Position numbers and translations under genes: made by a program
Notes under the pieces: generated by a model
Databases searched by the model: none
What the model was told of the DNA's origin: nothing
What the model saw: only the letters and a program-made list of their open reading frames with translations
Source of the DNA: Escherichia coli O127:H6 str. E2348/69
GTDB taxonomy: Bacteria > Pseudomonadota > Gammaproteobacteria > Enterobacterales > Enterobacteriaceae
Assembly (NCBI RefSeq): GCF_000026545.1
Contig: NC_011601.1
Reading direction: 5' to 3' (one strand)
DNA: 64,000 nt
Shown here: positions 1 through 13,108 of the stretch, in pieces
Numbering within the stretch: the stretch's first letter is position 1
Layout: each line of letters opens with the position of its first letter

Positions 1-1774
1 CAATCTCTCTTTTAGCCTGCAACGCGGTGAGACGCTGGCAATTGTTGGCGAATCCGGCTCCGGTAAGTCAGTGACTGCGCTGGCATTGATGCGCTTGTTG
101 GAACAGGCGGGCGGTTTAGTGCAGTGCGATAAAATGCTGTTGCAGCGGCGCAGTCGCGAAGTAATTGAACTTAGCGAGCAGAGCGCTGCACAAATGCGCC
201 ATGTGCGCGGTGCGGATATGGCGATGATATTTCAGGAGCCGATGACATCGCTGAACCCGGTATTTACTGTGGGTGAACAGATTGCCGAATCTATTCGTCT
301 GCATCAGAACGCCAGTCGTGAAGAAGCGATGGTCGAGGCGAAGCGGATGCTGGATCAGGTACGCATTCCGGAGGCACAAACCATTCTTTCACGTTATCCG
401 CATCAACTCTCTGGCGGGATGCGCCAGCGAGTGATGATTGCGATGGCGCTGTCATGCCGCCCGGCGGTGCTGATTGCCGATGAGCCAACCACCGCGCTGG
501 ATGTCACTATTCAGGCGCAGATCCTGCAATTAATCAAAGTATTGCAAAAAGAGATGTCGATGGGCGTTATCTTTATCACGCACGATATGGGCGTGGTGGC
601 AGAGATTGCCGATCGGGTTCTGGTGATGTATCAGGGCGAGGCGGTGGAAACGGGTAGCGTCGAACAGATTTTTCATGCACCGCAACATCCTTATACCCGT
701 GCGCTGTTAGCTGCTGTTCCGCAACTTGGTGCGATGAAAGGGTTAGATTATCCCCGACGTTTCCCGTTGATATCGCTTGAACATCCAGCGAAACAGGAGC
801 CACCCATCGAGCAGAAAACGGTGGTGGATGGCGAACCTGTTTTACGGGTGCGTAATCTGGTCACCCGTTTCCCTTTGCGCAGCGGTTTGTTGAATCGCGT
901 AACGCGGGAAGTGCATGCCGTTGAGAAAGTCAGTTTTGATCTCTGGCCTGGTGAAACGCTATCGCTGGTGGGCGAGTCTGGCAGCGGTAAATCCACTACC
1001 GGGCGGGCGTTGCTGCGCCTGGTCGAATCGCAGGGCGGCGAAATTATCTTTAACGGTCAGCGAATCGATACCTTGTCATCCGGTAAACTTCAGGCATTGC
1101 GCCGCGATATTCAGTTTATTTTTCAGGACCCTTACGCTTCGCTGGACCCACGTCAGACCATCGGTGATTCGATTATCGAACCGCTGCGCGTACACGGTTT
1201 ATTGCCAGGTAAAGAAGCGGCTGCACGTGTTGCGTGGTTGCTGGAGCGCGTGGGCCTGTTACCTGAACATGCCTGGCGTTACCCGCATGAGTTTTCCGGC
1301 GGTCAGCGCCAGCGCATCTGCATTGCTCGCGCGTTGGCATTGAATCCAAAAGTGATCATTGCCGACGAAGCCGTCTCGGCGCTGGATGTTTCTATTCGCG
1401 GGCAGATTATCAACTTGTTGCTCGATCTCCAGCGTGATTTCGGCATTGCGTATCTGTTTATCTCCCACGATATGGCCGTGGTAGAGCGGATTAGTCATCG
1501 TGTGGCGGTGATGTATCTCGGGCAAATTGTTGAAATTGGTCCACGGCGCGCGGTCTTCGAAAACCCGCAGCATCCTTATACGCGTAAATTACTGGCGGCA
1601 GTTCCGGTCGCTGAACCGTCCCGACAACGACCGCAGCGTGTACTGCTGTCGGACGATCTTCCCAGCAATATTCATCTGCGTGGCGAAGAGGTTGCAGCCG
1701 TCTCGTTGCAATGCGTCGGGCCGGGGCATTACGTCGCACAACCACAATCAGAATACGCATTCATGCGTAGATAA
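1..1774 (+). CDS. gsiA: Glutathione ABC importer ATP-binding protein, 5'-partial (frame open to window start; two ABC cassettes)
   Basis: Frame from nt 2 encodes Walker A GESGSGKS before the first ATG; second Walker A further in; LSGGQ signatures; gene order matches recalled K-12 gsi operon. Confidence 0.9.
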   Translation, partial: NLSFSLQRGETLAIVGESGSGKSVTALALMRLLEQAGGLVQCDKMLLQRRSREVIELSEQSAAQMRHVRGADMAMIFQEPMTSLNPVFTVGEQIAESIRLHQNASREEAMVEAKRMLDQVRIPEAQTILSRYPHQLSGGMRQRVMIAMALSCRPAVLIADEPTTALDVTIQAQILQLIKVLQKEMSMGVIFITHDMGVVAEIADRVLVMYQGEAVETGSVEQIFHAPQHPYTRALLAAVPQLGAMKGLDYPRRFPLISLEHPAKQEPPIEQKTVVDGEPVLRVRNLVTRFPLRSGLLNRVTREVHAVEKVSFDLWPGETLSLVGESGSGKSTTGRALLRLVESQGGEIIFNGQRIDTLSSGKLQALRRDIQFIFQDPYASLDPRQTIGDSIIEPLRVHGLLPGKEAAARVAWLLERVGLLPEHAWRYPHEFSGGQRQRICIARALALNPKVIIADEAVSALDVSIRGQIINLLLDLQRDFGIAYLFISHDMAVVERISHRVAVMYLGQIVEIGPRRAVFENPQHPYTRKLLAAVPVAEPSRQRPQRVLLSDDLPSNIHLRGEEVAAVSLQCVGPGHYVAQPQSEYAFMRR

Positions 1775-1793
1775 CATTCAGGCGGAGAATAAA

Positions 1794-3332
1794 ATGGCAA
1801 GAGCTGTACACCGTAGTGGGTTAGTGGCGCTGGGCATTGCGACAGCGTTGATGGCATCTTGTGCATTCGCTGCCAAAGATGTGGTGGTGGCGGTAGGATC
1901 GAACTTCACCACGCTCGATCCATATGACGCGAATGACACGTTATCTCAGGCCGTAGCGAAATCGTTTTACCAGGGGCTGTTCGGTCTGGATAAAGAGATG
2001 AAACTGAAAAACGTGCTGGCGGAGAGTTATACCGTTTCCGATGACGGCCTTACTTACACCGTGAAACTGCGGGAAGGAATTAAATTCCAGGATGGAACCG
2101 ACTTCAACGCAGCGGCGGTAAAAGCGAATCTGGACCGGGCCAGCGATCCGGCGAATCATCTTAAACGCTACAACCTGTATAAGAATATTGCCAAAACGGA
2201 AGCGATCGATCCAACAACGGTAAAGATTACCCTCAAACAGCCGTTCTCAGCGTTTATTAATATTCTTGCCCATCCGGCGACCGCGATGATTTCGCCGGCA
2301 GCGCTGGAAAAATATGGCAAGGATATTGGTTTTCATCCGGTGGGAACCGGGCCGTATGAACTGGATACCTGGAATCAGACCGATTTTGTGAAGGTGAAAA
2401 AATTCGCGGGTTACTGGCAGCCAGGATTGCCCAAACTGGACAGCATAACCTGGCGTCCGGTTGCGGATAACAACACCCGCGCGGCAATGCTACAAACCGG
2501 TGAAGCGCAGTTTGCTTTCCCCATTCCTTACGAGCAGGCCGCATTGCTGGAGAAAAACAAAAATATCGAGTTGATGGCCAGTCCGTCAATTATGCAGCGT
2601 TATATCAGTATGAACGTGACGCAAAAGCCGTTCGATAACCCGAAGGTCCGTGAGGCGCTGAATTACGCCATTAACCGCCCGGCGCTGGTGAAAGTGGCCT
2701 TCGCGGGCTATGCAACGCCAGCTACTGGTGTGGTACCGCCGAGTATCGCCTATGCGCAAAGTTATAAACCGTGGCCTTACGATCCAGTGAAAGCGCGCGA
2801 ATTACTGAAAGAGGCGGGATATCCCAACGGTTTCAGTACCACGCTGTGGTCGTCACATAACCACAGCACCGCGCAGAAAGTGCTGCAATTTACCCAGCAG
2901 CAGTTAGCGCAGGTCGGGATTAAAGCCCAGGTGACTGCGATGGATGCCGGACAGCGGGCGGCAGAAGTCGAAGGTAAAGGGCAAAAAGAGAGCGGCGTGC
3001 GGATGTTCTACACTGGCTGGTCGGCTTCAACCGGCGAAGCTGACTGGGCACTATCGCCGCTGTTTGCCTCGCAAAACTGGCCACCAACGCTGTTTAATAC
3101 CGCGTTTTACAGCAATAAACAGGTGGATGACTTCCTGGCTCAGGCACTAAAAACTAATGATCCGGCGGAAAAGACCCGTTTATATAAGGCGGCGCAGGAT
3201 ATCATCTGGCAAGAGTCGCCGTGGATCCCGCTGGTGGTAGAAAAACTGGTGTCGGCACACAGTAAAAACCTGACCGGTTTTTGGATCATGCCAGACACCG
3301 GCTTCAGCTTTGAAGACGCAGATTTGCAATAA
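1794..3332 (+). CDS. gsiB: Glutathione ABC transporter periplasmic binding protein
   Basis: Signal-peptide-like N-terminus [26 protein letters not shown]; family 5 SBP-like; ORF-track start at 1527 is an upstream in-frame extension overlapping gsiA. Confidence 0.9.
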
Positions 3333-3349
3333 GCAACGCAGGGAGTGGA

Positions 3350-4270
3350 ATGCTTAATTACGTTATCAAACGCTTGCTGGGGTTGATTCCGACGCTGTTT
3401 ATCGTCTCGGTGCTGGTGTTTTTATTTGTCCATATGCTGCCCGGCGATCCGGCGCGATTGATTGCCGGGCTCGAAGCTGATGCGCAGGTTATAGAACTGG
3501 TGCGTCAGCAGCTGGGGTTGGATCAGCCGCTGTATCACCAGTTCTGGCACTATATCAGCAATGCTGTGCAGGGGGATTTTGGCCTGTCGATGGTGTCGCG
3601 TCGTCCGGTTGCTGATGAGATTGCCAGCCGCTTTATGCCAACGCTGTGGCTGACCATAACCAGTATGGTCTGGGCGGTGATATTTGGTATGGCGGCGGGA
3701 ATTATCGCCGCCGTCTGGCGTAACCGTTGGCCGGATCGATTGAGTATGACCATTGCGGTGTCGGGGATCTCGTTTCCGGCATTTGCTCTGGGGATGCTTT
3801 TAATTCAGGTATTCTCCGTTGAACTGGGCTGGCTGCCTACCGTGGGAGCAGACAGTTGGCAGCACTACATTTTACCCTCCCTGACGCTCGGCGCGGCAGT
3901 GGCCGCCGTGATGGCGCGCTTTACCCGCGCATCGTTTGTCGACGTTTTAAGCGAAGATTATATGCGTACCGCGAGGGCGAAAGGGGTGAGCGAAACCTGG
4001 GTTGTCCTCAAGCACGGGCTACGCAACGCGATGATCCCGGTAGTGACCATGATGGGCTTACAGTTTGGCTTTTTGCTCGGTGGTTCCATCGTGGTGGAGA
4101 AAGTTTTCAACTGGCCCGGACTTGGACGCTTACTCGTTGACTCCGTAGAAATGCGCGATTACCCGGTGATTCAGGCGGAAATTCTGCTTTTCTCGCTGGA
4201 ATTTATTCTTATCAACTTAGTGGTGGATGTGCTTTACGCCGCCATTAACCCGGCTATCAGGTACAAGTAA
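3350..4270 (+). CDS. gsiC: Glutathione ABC transporter permease
   Basis: 306-aa polytopic membrane protein of DppB/OppB type, immediately downstream of gsiB. Confidence 0.9.
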
Positions 4271-4272
4271 GG

Positions 4273-5184
4273 ATGCGACTATTTAACTGGCGACGTCAGG
4301 CGGTGTTAAACGCCATGCCACTGGTCAAACCTGACCAGGTACGTACACCGTGGCATGAATTCTGGCGACGATTTCGCCGTCAGCATATGGCGATGACCGC
4401 CGCATTGTTCGTTATTTTATTGATTGTGGTGGCCATTTTTGCACGCTGGATTGCTCCCTATGACGCCGAAAATTATTTTGATTATGACAATCTGAATAAC
4501 GGACCTTCTTTGCAGCACTGGTTTGGCGTCGATTCACTGGGGCGTGACATTTTCAGCCGTGTCCTGGTTGGTGCGCAAATCTCGCTGGCGGCGGGCGTGT
4601 TTGCCGTGTTTATCGGTGCGGCGATCGGGACGTTGCTGGGCTTGTTGGCTGGATATTATGAAGGCTGGTGGGATCGGCTGATCATGCGCATTTGCGATGT
4701 GCTGTTTGCCTTCCCGGGTATTTTACTGGCGATCGCTGTTGTTGCGGTGTTGGGAAGCGGCATTGCTAACGTGATTATCGCAGTCGCCATTTTTTCCATC
4801 CCCGCGTTTGCCCGACTGGTGCGCGGCAACACGCTGGTGTTGAAACAGCAAACCTTTATTGAGTCAGCACGCAGTATTGGTGCCAGCGATATGACCATTT
4901 TATTGCGTCATATCCTGCCTGGGACCGTCTCTTCTATCGTGGTGTTTTTCACCATGCGCATTGGTACCTCGATTATCTCTGCCGCCAGCCTGTCATTTCT
5001 CGGCCTCGGTGCGCAGCCGCCGACACCAGAGTGGGGAGCAATGCTCAATGAGGCACGGGCGGATATGGTTATCGCGCCGCATGTCGCTGTTTTTCCGGCC
5101 CTGGCTATTTTTCTGACCGTACTGGCGTTCAATTTGTTGGGCGATGGTTTACGCGATGCGCTGGATCCGAAAATTAAAGGATAG
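4273..5184 (+). CDS. gsiD: Glutathione ABC transporter permease
   Basis: 303-aa DppC/OppC-type permease, tightly spaced after gsiC. Confidence 0.9.
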   Translation: MRLFNWRRQAVLNAMPLVKPDQVRTPWHEFWRRFRRQHMAMTAALFVILLIVVAIFARWIAPYDAENYFDYDNLNNGPSLQHWFGVDSLGRDIFSRVLVGAQISLAAGVFAVFIGAAIGTLLGLLAGYYEGWWDRLIMRICDVLFAFPGILLAIAVVAVLGSGIANVIIAVAIFSIPAFARLVRGNTLVLKQQTFIESARSIGASDMTILLRHILPGTVSSIVVFFTMRIGTSIISAASLSFLGLGAQPPTPEWGAMLNEARADMVIAPHVAVFPALAIFLTVLAFNLLGDGLRDALDPKIKG

Positions 5185-5360
5185 TTACGTTTGAATATTG
5201 CTTGAAAGGGTAATCACCTCACAGGAAATTATTGCCCTAAGCAAGTGTTGTAACTTTCTGCTGATTTTGTAGAATCGGGTAATTTGGTTAAAAAGCCGCA
5301 GCAAGGGACTATTTTGCAGCGGCACAGCGTTCAGACAGTTATTTTGTTAAATGTATTAAC

Positions 5361-7709
5361 ATGCTGAGTTTATACGAAAAGATAAAGATAAGGCTGATAA
5401 TTTTATTTTTATTGGCAGCACTGTCATTTATTGGTCTTTTTTTCATCATTAACTATCAACTGGTATCGGAACGCGCGGTAAAACGTGCCGATAGCCGCTT
5501 TGAACTTATTCAGAAAAACGTTGGCTATTTCTTTAAAGATATTGAACGTTCGGCCCTGACATTAAAGGACTCACTATATTTATTAAAAAATACAGAGGAG
5601 ATTCAACGCGCCGTAATTCTGAAAATGGAAATGATGCCATTTTTAGACTCGGTGGGACTGGTACTTGATGATAATAAATATTATCTCTTTTCGCGGAGGG
5701 CGAATGATAAAATCGTTGTTTATCATCAGGAACAAGTAAATGGACCGCTTGTCGACGAGTCAGGGCGGGTTATTTTTGCCGATTTTAACCCATCGAAACG
5801 ACCGTGGTCGATGGCTTCAGATGACTCTAACAACAGCTGGAACCCGGCATACAATTGCTTTGATCGTCCGGGTAAAAAATGTATCTCTTTTACGCTACAC
5901 ATCAACGGCAAAGATCATGATTTGTTAGCAGTAGATAAAATTCATGTCGATTTAAACTGGCGATATCTGAACGAGTATCTTGATCAAATCAGCGCTAATG
6001 ATGAAGTTCTATTTTTAAAGCAAGGTCATGAGATCATTGCTAAGAATCAACTCGCTCGTGAAAAATTGATTATTTATAATAGCGAAGGTAATTATAATAT
6101 TATTGATTCTGTCGATACGGAATATATTGAAAAAACATCAGCGGTGCCAAACAACGCATTATTCGAAATCTATTTTTATTATCCTGGTGGTAATTTATTG
6201 AACGCATCAGATAAACTTTTTTATCTGCCGTTTGCTTTCATTATTATCGTATTGCTGGTGGTTTATTTAATGACCACTCGAGTTTTCCGTCGGCAATTTT
6301 CTGAAATGACCGAACTGGTTAATACGCTGGCGTTTTTGCCTGACTCTACGGATCAAATCGAGGCCCTGAAGATTCGTGAAGGCGATGCGAAAGAGATTAT
6401 CAGTATCAAAAATTCGATCGCGGAAATGAAAGATGCTGAAATTGAACGGGCAAATAAATTGCTCTCGCTGATCTCTTACGATCAGGAAAGCGGTTTTATT
6501 AAAAATATGGCGATTATTGAGTCCAACAATAATCAGTATCTGGCTGTGGGGATCATCAAACTGTGTGGTCTGGAAGCTGTGGAAGCGGTGTTTGGTGTTG
6601 ATGAACGCAATAAAATCGTCAGGAAATTGTGTCAGCGAATTGCCGAGAAATATGCGCAATGCTGCGATATCGTGACATTTAATGCCGATCTCTATTTACT
6701 CCTGTGCCGGGAAAATGTACAGACGTTTACCCGTAAGATAGCGACGGTAAACGATTTTGACAGCAGTTTTGGCTACTGCAATCTGCGCATCCATAAGTCT
6801 GCTATTTGTGAACCTTTGCAGGGGGAAAACGCCTGGAGTTACGCAGAAAAGCTGAAACTGGCGATTTCCAGTATCCGCAACCATATGTTCTCAGAGTTTA
6901 TTTTCTGTGATGATGCGAAACTCAACGAAATAGAAGAGAATATCTGGATTGCGCGTAATATTCGCCATGCAATGGAAATTGGCGAACTATTCCTGGTCTA
7001 TCAACCGATTGTTGATATTAACACCCGCACCATTTTGGGCGCGGAGGCGTTGTGCCGTTGGGTGTCTGCGGAGCGGGGGATTATTTCACCGCTGAAGTTC
7101 ATTACCATTGCTGAAGATATCGGGTTTATCAATGAGCTGGGCTATCAAATTATTAAAACCGCGATGGGTGAATTCAGACATTTTAGCGAGCGTGCGGTCC
7201 TGAAGGACGGTTTCTTACTGCATATTAATGTTTCGCCCTGGCAGTTAAACGAACCACACTTTCATGAGCGTTTTACTACCATCATGAAAGAAAATGGCCT
7301 GAAGGCGAACAGCCTTTGTGTTGAGATCACTGAAACCGTGATCGAGCGAATTAATGAACATTTCTATCTCAATATTGAACAACTGCGTAAACAAGGGGTA
7401 CGGGTATCGATTGATGACTTTGGCACCGGTTTGTCAAACCTGAAACGTTTTTATGAAATGAATCCAGACAGTATAAAGGTGGATTCGCAATTTACCGGCG
7501 ATATTTTCGGTACTGCGGGAAAAATTGTGCGCATTATTTTCGATCTGGCACGCTATAACCGGATCCCGGTGATTGCGGAAGGCGTAGAGAGCGAAGACGT
7601 TGCGCGTGAATTAATCAAATTAGGATGTGTTCAGGCTCAGGGGTATCTGTACCAGAAACCCATGCCATTCTCCGCCTGGGATAAAAGTGGAAAATTAGTA
7701 AAAGAGTAG
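5361..7709 (+). CDS. pdeI: Membrane-anchored c-di-GMP phosphodiesterase (EAL domain)
   Basis: 782 aa; N-terminal TM segment; EAL motif in [10 protein letters not shown]-rich gene; matches recalled K-12 yliE. Confidence 0.85.
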   Translation: MLSLYEKIKIRLIILFLLAALSFIGLFFIINYQLVSERAVKRADSRFELIQKNVGYFFKDIERSALTLKDSLYLLKNTEEIQRAVILKMEMMPFLDSVGLVLDDNKYYLFSRRANDKIVVYHQEQVNGPLVDESGRVIFADFNPSKRPWSMASDDSNNSWNPAYNCFDRPGKKCISFTLHINGKDHDLLAVDKIHVDLNWRYLNEYLDQISANDEVLFLKQGHEIIAKNQLAREKLIIYNSEGNYNIIDSVDTEYIEKTSAVPNNALFEIYFYYPGGNLLNASDKLFYLPFAFIIIVLLVVYLMTTRVFRRQFSEMTELVNTLAFLPDSTDQIEALKIREGDAKEIISIKNSIAEMKDAEIERANKLLSLISYDQESGFIKNMAIIESNNNQYLAVGIIKLCGLEAVEAVFGVDERNKIVRKLCQRIAEKYAQCCDIVTFNADLYLLLCRENVQTFTRKIATVNDFDSSFGYCNLRIHKSAICEPLQGENAWSYAEKLKLAISSIRNHMFSEFIFCDDAKLNEIEENIWIARNIRHAMEIGELFLVYQPIVDINTRTILGAEALCRWVSAERGIISPLKFITIAEDIGFINELGYQIIKTAMGEFRHFSERAVLKDGFLLHINVSPWQLNEPHFHERFTTIMKENGLKANSLCVEITETVIERINEHFYLNIEQLRKQGVRVSIDDFGTGLSNLKRFYEMNPDSIKVDSQFTGDIFGTAGKIVRIIFDLARYNRIPVIAEGVESEDVARELIKLGCVQAQGYLYQKPMPFSAWDKSGKLVKE

Positions 7710-7716
7710 TTTACGT

Positions 7717-9045
7717 ATGTCCAGAATCAATAAATTCGTACTTACAGTCAGTCTGCTGATTTTTATCATGATTTCAGCAGTTGCCTGCGGGATCTACACT
7801 CAAATGGTAAAGGAACGGGTGTATGGCCTGAAACAGTCCGTTATTGATACTGCTTTTGCGGTGGCAAATATTGCTGAATATCGGCGTAGTGTGGCAATTG
7901 ATCTCATCAACACGCTAAATCCTACGGAGGAACAGCTGTTGGTTGGCTTACGCACAGCTTACGCCGACTCGGTTTCACCCTCTTATTTGTACGATGTCGG
8001 TCCTTATCTGATTTCCAGTGACGAATGTATTCAGGTAAAGGAGTTCGAGAAAAATTATTGTGCAGATATTATGCAGGTTGTTAAGTATCGACATGTCAAA
8101 AATACAGGGTTTATCTCTTTTGATGGTAAAACCTTCGTCTATTACCTCTATCCGGTAACTCACAATCGTAGTCTGATATTTTTGCTTGGTCTGGAACGTT
8201 TTTCTTTACTGTCAAAATCGCTGGCGATGGATAGCGAGAACCTGATGTTCTCCCTGTTCAAGAACGGTAAATCGGTGACCGGTGATGAATATAACGCTAA
8301 AAACGCCATCTTCACTGTTTCGGAAGCGATGGAGCACTTCGCCTATTTGCCGACCGGATTGTACGTATTTGCGTATAAAAAAGATGTTTATTTGCGGGTT
8401 TGTACGTTGATTATTTTCTTTGCCGCATTGGTGGCTGTGATATCGGGTGCCAGTTGCCTCTATCTGGTACGCAGAGTGATTAATCGTGGTATTGTGGAGA
8501 AAGAAGCCATTATTAATAACCATTTTGAACGCGTACTGGATGGCGGGCTTTTCTTTTCGGCTGCCGATGTCAAAAAACTCTACAGTATGTATAACTCGGC
8601 ATTCCTGGACGACCTGACCAAAGCAATGGGCAGAAAATCCTTTGACGAAGATTTAAAAGCGCTGCCGGAAAAAGGCGGTTATTTGTGCCTGTTTGACGTC
8701 GATAAATTCAAAAACATCAACGACACCTTCGGTCATTTGCTGGGCGATGAAGTGTTGATGAAAGTGGTGAAAATCCTTAAATCACAGATCCCGGTAGATA
8801 AAGGTAAAGTTTACCGCTTCGGAGGTGACGAATTTGCGGTGATTTATACTGGCGGCACGCTGGAAGAGTTGCTATCGATTCTAAAAGAAATCGTTCATTT
8901 CCAGGTGGGAAGCATTAATTTAAGCACCAGTATCGGTGTAGCGCATTCAAATGAATGTACTACCGTTGAACGCTTGAAAATGCTGGCGGATGAGCGGCTG
9001 TATAAGAGTAAGAAAAACGGCAGGGCGCAGATTAGCTGGCAGTAA
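7717..9045 (+). CDS. dgcI: Diguanylate cyclase (GGDEF domain), membrane-anchored
   Basis: 442 aa; GGDEF motif in [12 protein letters not shown]; follows pdeI as K-12 yliF does. Confidence 0.85.
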   Translation: MSRINKFVLTVSLLIFIMISAVACGIYTQMVKERVYGLKQSVIDTAFAVANIAEYRRSVAIDLINTLNPTEEQLLVGLRTAYADSVSPSYLYDVGPYLISSDECIQVKEFEKNYCADIMQVVKYRHVKNTGFISFDGKTFVYYLYPVTHNRSLIFLLGLERFSLLSKSLAMDSENLMFSLFKNGKSVTGDEYNAKNAIFTVSEAMEHFAYLPTGLYVFAYKKDVYLRVCTLIIFFAALVAVISGASCLYLVRRVINRGIVEKEAIINNHFERVLDGGLFFSAADVKKLYSMYNSAFLDDLTKAMGRKSFDEDLKALPEKGGYLCLFDVDKFKNINDTFGHLLGDEVLMKVVKILKSQIPVDKGKVYRFGGDEFAVIYTGGTLEELLSILKEIVHFQVGSINLSTSIGVAHSNECTTVERLKMLADERLYKSKKNGRAQISWQ

Positions 9046-9055
9046 TCATTATTCG

Positions 9056-9085
9056 CAGGCCGGACAAATGATTTTGCCCGGCCTG
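9056..9085. terminator. Bidirectional hairpin between convergent dgcI and rimO
   Basis: Inverted repeat CAGGCCGG ... CCGGCCTG with 14-nt loop in the 46-bp convergent intergenic gap. Confidence 0.5.
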
Positions 9086-9091
9086 AATTAA

Positions 9092-10417
9092 TTAAACCCG
9101 GCTACCCCACAAATCGTACTCATCGGCGTGCTCGACTTTCACTCGCAGGATATCACCCGGCTTAACGTTGGTTTCACCATTGAGATAAACCGCGCCGTCG
9201 ATTTCCGGTGCATCTGCCATGCTGCGACCAATCGCGCCTTCTTCGTCCACTTCGTCGATAATCACCAGAATTTCACGGCCCACTTTCTCTTGCAGGCGCT
9301 CGGCGGAAATTTGCTGCTGCAACTGCATGAAACGGTTCCAGCGTTCTTCTTTCACTTCTTCCGGAACCTGGTCAGGCAGGGCATTGGCGTCTGCACCTTC
9401 AACCGGGCTGTATTTAAAGCAGCCAACGCGATCCAGACGTGCTTCTTTCAGGAAGTCGAGTAGCATCTGGAAATCTTCTTCCGTCTCGCCAGGGAAGCCA
9501 ACAATAAAGGTTGAGCGTAGGGTCAGTTCCGGGCAGATTTCGCGCCACTGTTTGATGCGCGCCAGTTGGCGATCTACAGAACCCGGACGCTTCATCAGTT
9601 TGAGAATGCGCGGGCTGGCGTGCTGCAACGGAATGTCCAGATACGGCAGGATTTTGCCCTCTGCCATCAATGGGATGACGTCGTCCACATGCGGATAAGG
9701 GTAAACGTAGTGCAGACGTGTCCAGATCCCCAGTTTCGATAACTGTTCGCACAGGCTGACCATGCTGGTTTTTACCGGCTCGCCGTTGTGGAAGCCAGTA
9801 CGATGTTTAACATCGACGCCATACGCGGAAGTATCCTGCGAGATCACCAGAATTTCTTTAACGCCCGCATCAACCAGACGTTTCGCTTCACTTAACACTT
9901 CGCCAATCGGACGGCTCACCAGATCGCCGCGCATAGACGGAATAATGCAGAAGGTGCAGCGGTGATTACAGCCTTCAGAAATTTTCAGATAGGCATAATG
10001 ACGCGGCGTCAGTTTCACACCTTGTTCTGGCACCAGGCTCAGAAATGGGTTGTGTTTCGGTTTTGGTACGTAGTGATGAACGTGCTCCAGAACCTGCTCA
10101 TAGCTATGAGGCCCAGTGATTTCCAGCACTTTCGGGTGGACTTCGCGGATCTGATCTTCTTTTGCCCCCAGACAACCGGTCACAATTACCTTGCCGTTTT
10201 CATTCAACGCTTCACCAATGGCTTCCAGTGATTCTTGTACCGCGCTGTCAATAAAGCCGCAGGTGTTGACGATCACCATGTCCGCATCATCATAGCTCGG
10301 TACCACGTCATAACCTTCAGTGCGTAGTTCGGTGAGAATACGCTCTGAATCGACAAGGTTTTTCGGACAGCCAAGGGAAACAAAGCCGATTTTCGGCTGG
10401 GGAGTTACTTTGCTCAT
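9092..10417 (-). CDS. rimO: Ribosomal protein S12 methylthiotransferase (radical SAM)
   Basis: 441 aa; N-terminus [25 protein letters not shown]; radical-SAM Cys motif CNHRCTFC. Confidence 0.9.
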
Positions 10418-10629
10418 AGCTTAAAAAATATTCAGTTACAGGAAAGGTCAGGGCAGGGATTCTACAGAGTTCTGGATAAAATTTGTATCGCAATCTCATT
10501 CGCTGGCGGAGTTGAAGGAAATGTAAATTTTGTTAATTCGGCGTGAAGAATTGATCCTGGACAGCATTTTGCTCAAAAAACAGCCATACTATTTAGTTGC
10601 AACAAGGCTGGAAAGAGGAGGATCGAAGT

Positions 10630-11013
10630 ATGTTCGTTGACAGACAGCGAATCGATATGCTGAACCGGTTGATCGACGCACGCGTTGACCTCGCCGCATA
10701 CGTGCAACTGAGGAAGGCAAAAGGATACATGTCCGTCAGCGAAAGCAATCATCTACGAGATAACTTTTTTAAACTGAATCGCGAACTGCACGATAAATCG
10801 CTGCGGTTGAATCTTCATCTGGATCAGGAAGAGTGGAGTGCTCTTCATCATGCTGAAGAAGCATTAGCGACAGCCGCAGTATGTTTGATGAGTGGGCACC
10901 ATGATTGCCCGACTGTTATTACCGTCAACGCCGATAAGCTTGAAAATTGTCTGATGAGCTTAACGCTGAGCATCCAGAGCCTGCAGAAGCACGCCATGCT
11001 TGAGAAGGCCTGA
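10630..11013 (+). CDS. bssR: Biofilm regulator BssR
   Basis: 127 aa starting MFVDRQRIDMLNRL; ORF-track start 10597 is an upstream extension. Confidence 0.85.
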   Translation: MFVDRQRIDMLNRLIDARVDLAAYVQLRKAKGYMSVSESNHLRDNFFKLNRELHDKSLRLNLHLDQEEWSALHHAEEALATAAVCLMSGHHDCPTVITVNADKLENCLMSLTLSIQSLQKHAMLEKA

Positions 11014-11020
11014 AAACTAA

Positions 11021-11041
11021 GGGGGAGAAAGCGTCTCCCCC
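11021..11041 (+). terminator. Rho-independent terminator after bssR
   Basis: GGGGGAGA-aagcg-TCTCCCCC hairpin followed by T-rich tract. Confidence 0.7.
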
Positions 11042-11123
11042 TTCATGTTTAAGTTTTTGTAAAAATGAATTTGTTATCTCCTCCACTGACTACGCTTTAA
11101 GCCAGAGTCAATCCGGAGGCGTT

Positions 11124-12239
11124 ATGCATCGACAATCCTTTTTCCTTGTGCCCCTTTTTTGTCTTTCTTCCGCTCTCTGGGCAGCTCCTGCAACGGTAAA
11201 TGTCGAAGCACTGCAAGACAAACTCGACCATCCCTGGGCGCTGGCCTTTTTACCCGATAATCACGGTATGTTAATCACTCTGCGCGGCGGCGAGTTGCGT
11301 CACTGGCAAGCAGGAAAAGGATTATCTGCGCCGCTTTCCGGAGTGCCGGACGTTTGGGCGCACGGGCAGGGCGGCCTGCTGGACGTGGTTTTAGCGCCCG
11401 ATTTTGCTCAGTCGCGCCGCATCTGGTTAAGTTATTCCGAAGTTGGCGATGATGGCAAAGCCGGAACTGCTGTGGGTTATGGCCGCTTAAGTGATGATCT
11501 CTCAAAAGTGACCGACTTCCGCACCGTTTTTCGTCAGATGCCAAAACTGTCTACCGGCAACCATTTTGGCGGGCGGATGGTATTTGACGGTAAAGGTTAT
11601 CTTTTTATTGCTCTGGGCGAAAACAATCAGCGCCCGACGGCGCAGGATCTGGATAAATTACAGGGCAAACTGGTGCGTCTGACCGACCTGGGAGAAATCC
11701 CGGATGATAATCCTTTTATAAAGGAATCTGGTGTGCGCGCCGAGATCTGGTCTTATGGCATTCGTAATCCGCAAGGAATGGCGATGAATCCGTGGAGTAA
11801 TGCACTATGGCTGAATGAACATGGCCCGCGCGGTGGTGATGAAATTAATATTCCGCAAAAAGGCAAAAACTACGGCTGGCCGCTGGCAACCTGGGGAATC
11901 AACTATTCGGGCTTTAAGATACCGGAAGCGAAAGGGGAGATCGTCGCCGGGACCGAGCAACCTGTTTTTTACTGGAAAGATTCGCCCGCCGTGAGCGGCA
12001 TGGCCTTCTATAACAGCGACAAATTCCCCCAGTGGCAGCAAAAATTATTTATTGGCGCGCTGAAAGATAAAGATGTCATTGTGATGAGCGTCAACGGCGA
12101 CAAAGTGACAGAAGATGGCCGTATTTTAACGGACAGAGGGCAGCGAATTCGTGATGTTCGCACTGGACCCGACGGTTATTTATACGTTCTCACCGACGAG
12201 TCCAGTGGGGAATTACTTAAAGTTAGCCCACGCAATTAG
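11124..12239 (+). CDS. yliI: Soluble aldose sugar dehydrogenase (beta-propeller, PQQ-dependent)
   Basis: 371 aa with signal peptide; position and sequence as recalled for K-12 yliI. Confidence 0.85.
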   Translation: MHRQSFFLVPLFCLSSALWAAPATVNVEALQDKLDHPWALAFLPDNHGMLITLRGGELRHWQAGKGLSAPLSGVPDVWAHGQGGLLDVVLAPDFAQSRRIWLSYSEVGDDGKAGTAVGYGRLSDDLSKVTDFRTVFRQMPKLSTGNHFGGRMVFDGKGYLFIALGENNQRPTAQDLDKLQGKLVRLTDLGEIPDDNPFIKESGVRAEIWSYGIRNPQGMAMNPWSNALWLNEHGPRGGDEINIPQKGKNYGWPLATWGINYSGFKIPEAKGEIVAGTEQPVFYWKDSPAVSGMAFYNSDKFPQWQQKLFIGALKDKDVIVMSVNGDKVTEDGRILTDRGQRIRDVRTGPDGYLYVLTDESSGELLKVSPRN

Positions 12240-12862
12240 CTAACGGGAATCATCACCACTTTGCGCACTGCGGGGCGTTCAGTGAGTTGCTGATACCAGC
12301 GTTGCAGATTTGGTCGCGGTGTCCAGGTCAGGCCAACGTTAAACAAATTGTAGATGAACGGTGCGATAGCGATATCGCCCACGCCAAACTCGTCGCCTGA
12401 GAACCATTTTACTTTTGCCAGTTCCGCATCGAGCAGGGCAAACAGGGCGTCGCACTCTTTGCAACTGGCATCAATGGCGGCCTGATCGCGCTCTTCCGGT
12501 GGTGTTCTGACTAATCCCATCAGGATCCCGCGATGAGCATTACTGAGCGTCTGGTTTGCCCAGTCCATCCATTTTTCTGCTTCCGCACGACGTGCCGGTG
12601 AGTCGATCCACAGGCGTTTTTGCCCGTACTGTGCCGCCAGATAGCGGACAATGGCGTTTGATTCCCAAAGAATGAGAGCACTTTCGTCGTCACGCAACAA
12701 CGGCACCAGCCCGTTAGGGTTCATCGCCAGAAAATCAGCATCGTGATTTATCCCAAACTCACGGCCCGCGAGAATTTGCTCATAAGGTAGTTCCAGTTCT
12801 TCGAGCGTCAGCAATACTTTTTTTACGTTGGTTGAATTATTCCGACCCCACAGCGTAATCAT
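12236..12862 (-). CDS. gstB: Glutathione S-transferase
   Basis: 208 aa from [19 protein letters not shown] fold; convergent with yliI. Confidence 0.85.
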   Translation of the reverse strand: MITLWGRNNSTNVKKVLLTLEELELPYEQILAGREFGINHDADFLAMNPNGLVPLLRDDESALILWESNAIVRYLAAQYGQKRLWIDSPARRAEAEKWMDWANQTLSNAHRGILMGLVRTPPEERDQAAIDASCKECDALFALLDAELAKVKWFSGDEFGVGDIAIAPFIYNLFNVGLTWTPRPNLQRWYQQLTERPAVRKVVMIPVS

Positions 12863-13108
12863 ACTCACCCCTTTTCCGACAGGCAGCCACAGGCTGAACA
12901 GGACTCCGATGGTGAAGTAAAGTTAACTTTTAAGCAACAGCTGGCAAAAAAATGACACCAGAAGCAGCGAAGCGGCAGGATATTGCATAAACTTTAAAAA
13001 CTTTACCAACTTACGGTTTCTTTAAGTTTGTGTGTGCGTTATTAATCACCGAACTTATCATACGGCGATATAACGTATTTTTTTTGAATGGATACTCGGG
13101 TGGCATTT

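Noticed and set aside
1527-1793. Upstream in-frame extension of gsiB suggested by the ORF track
   Set aside because: It overlaps the 3' end of gsiA; the signal-peptide start at 1794 fits the expected protein.
5361-9045. AT-rich pdeI/dgcI pair as possible foreign DNA or novel system
   Set aside because: Recognisable as the conserved E. coli c-di-GMP genes yliE/yliF with EAL and GGDEF motifs; low GC is a known property of these genes.
9128-10231. Several + strand ORFs (111, 159, 67, 89 aa) inside the rimO region
   Set aside because: They lie antisense within the well-supported rimO coding sequence and have low-complexity, Arg/Ser-rich translations typical of antisense frames.
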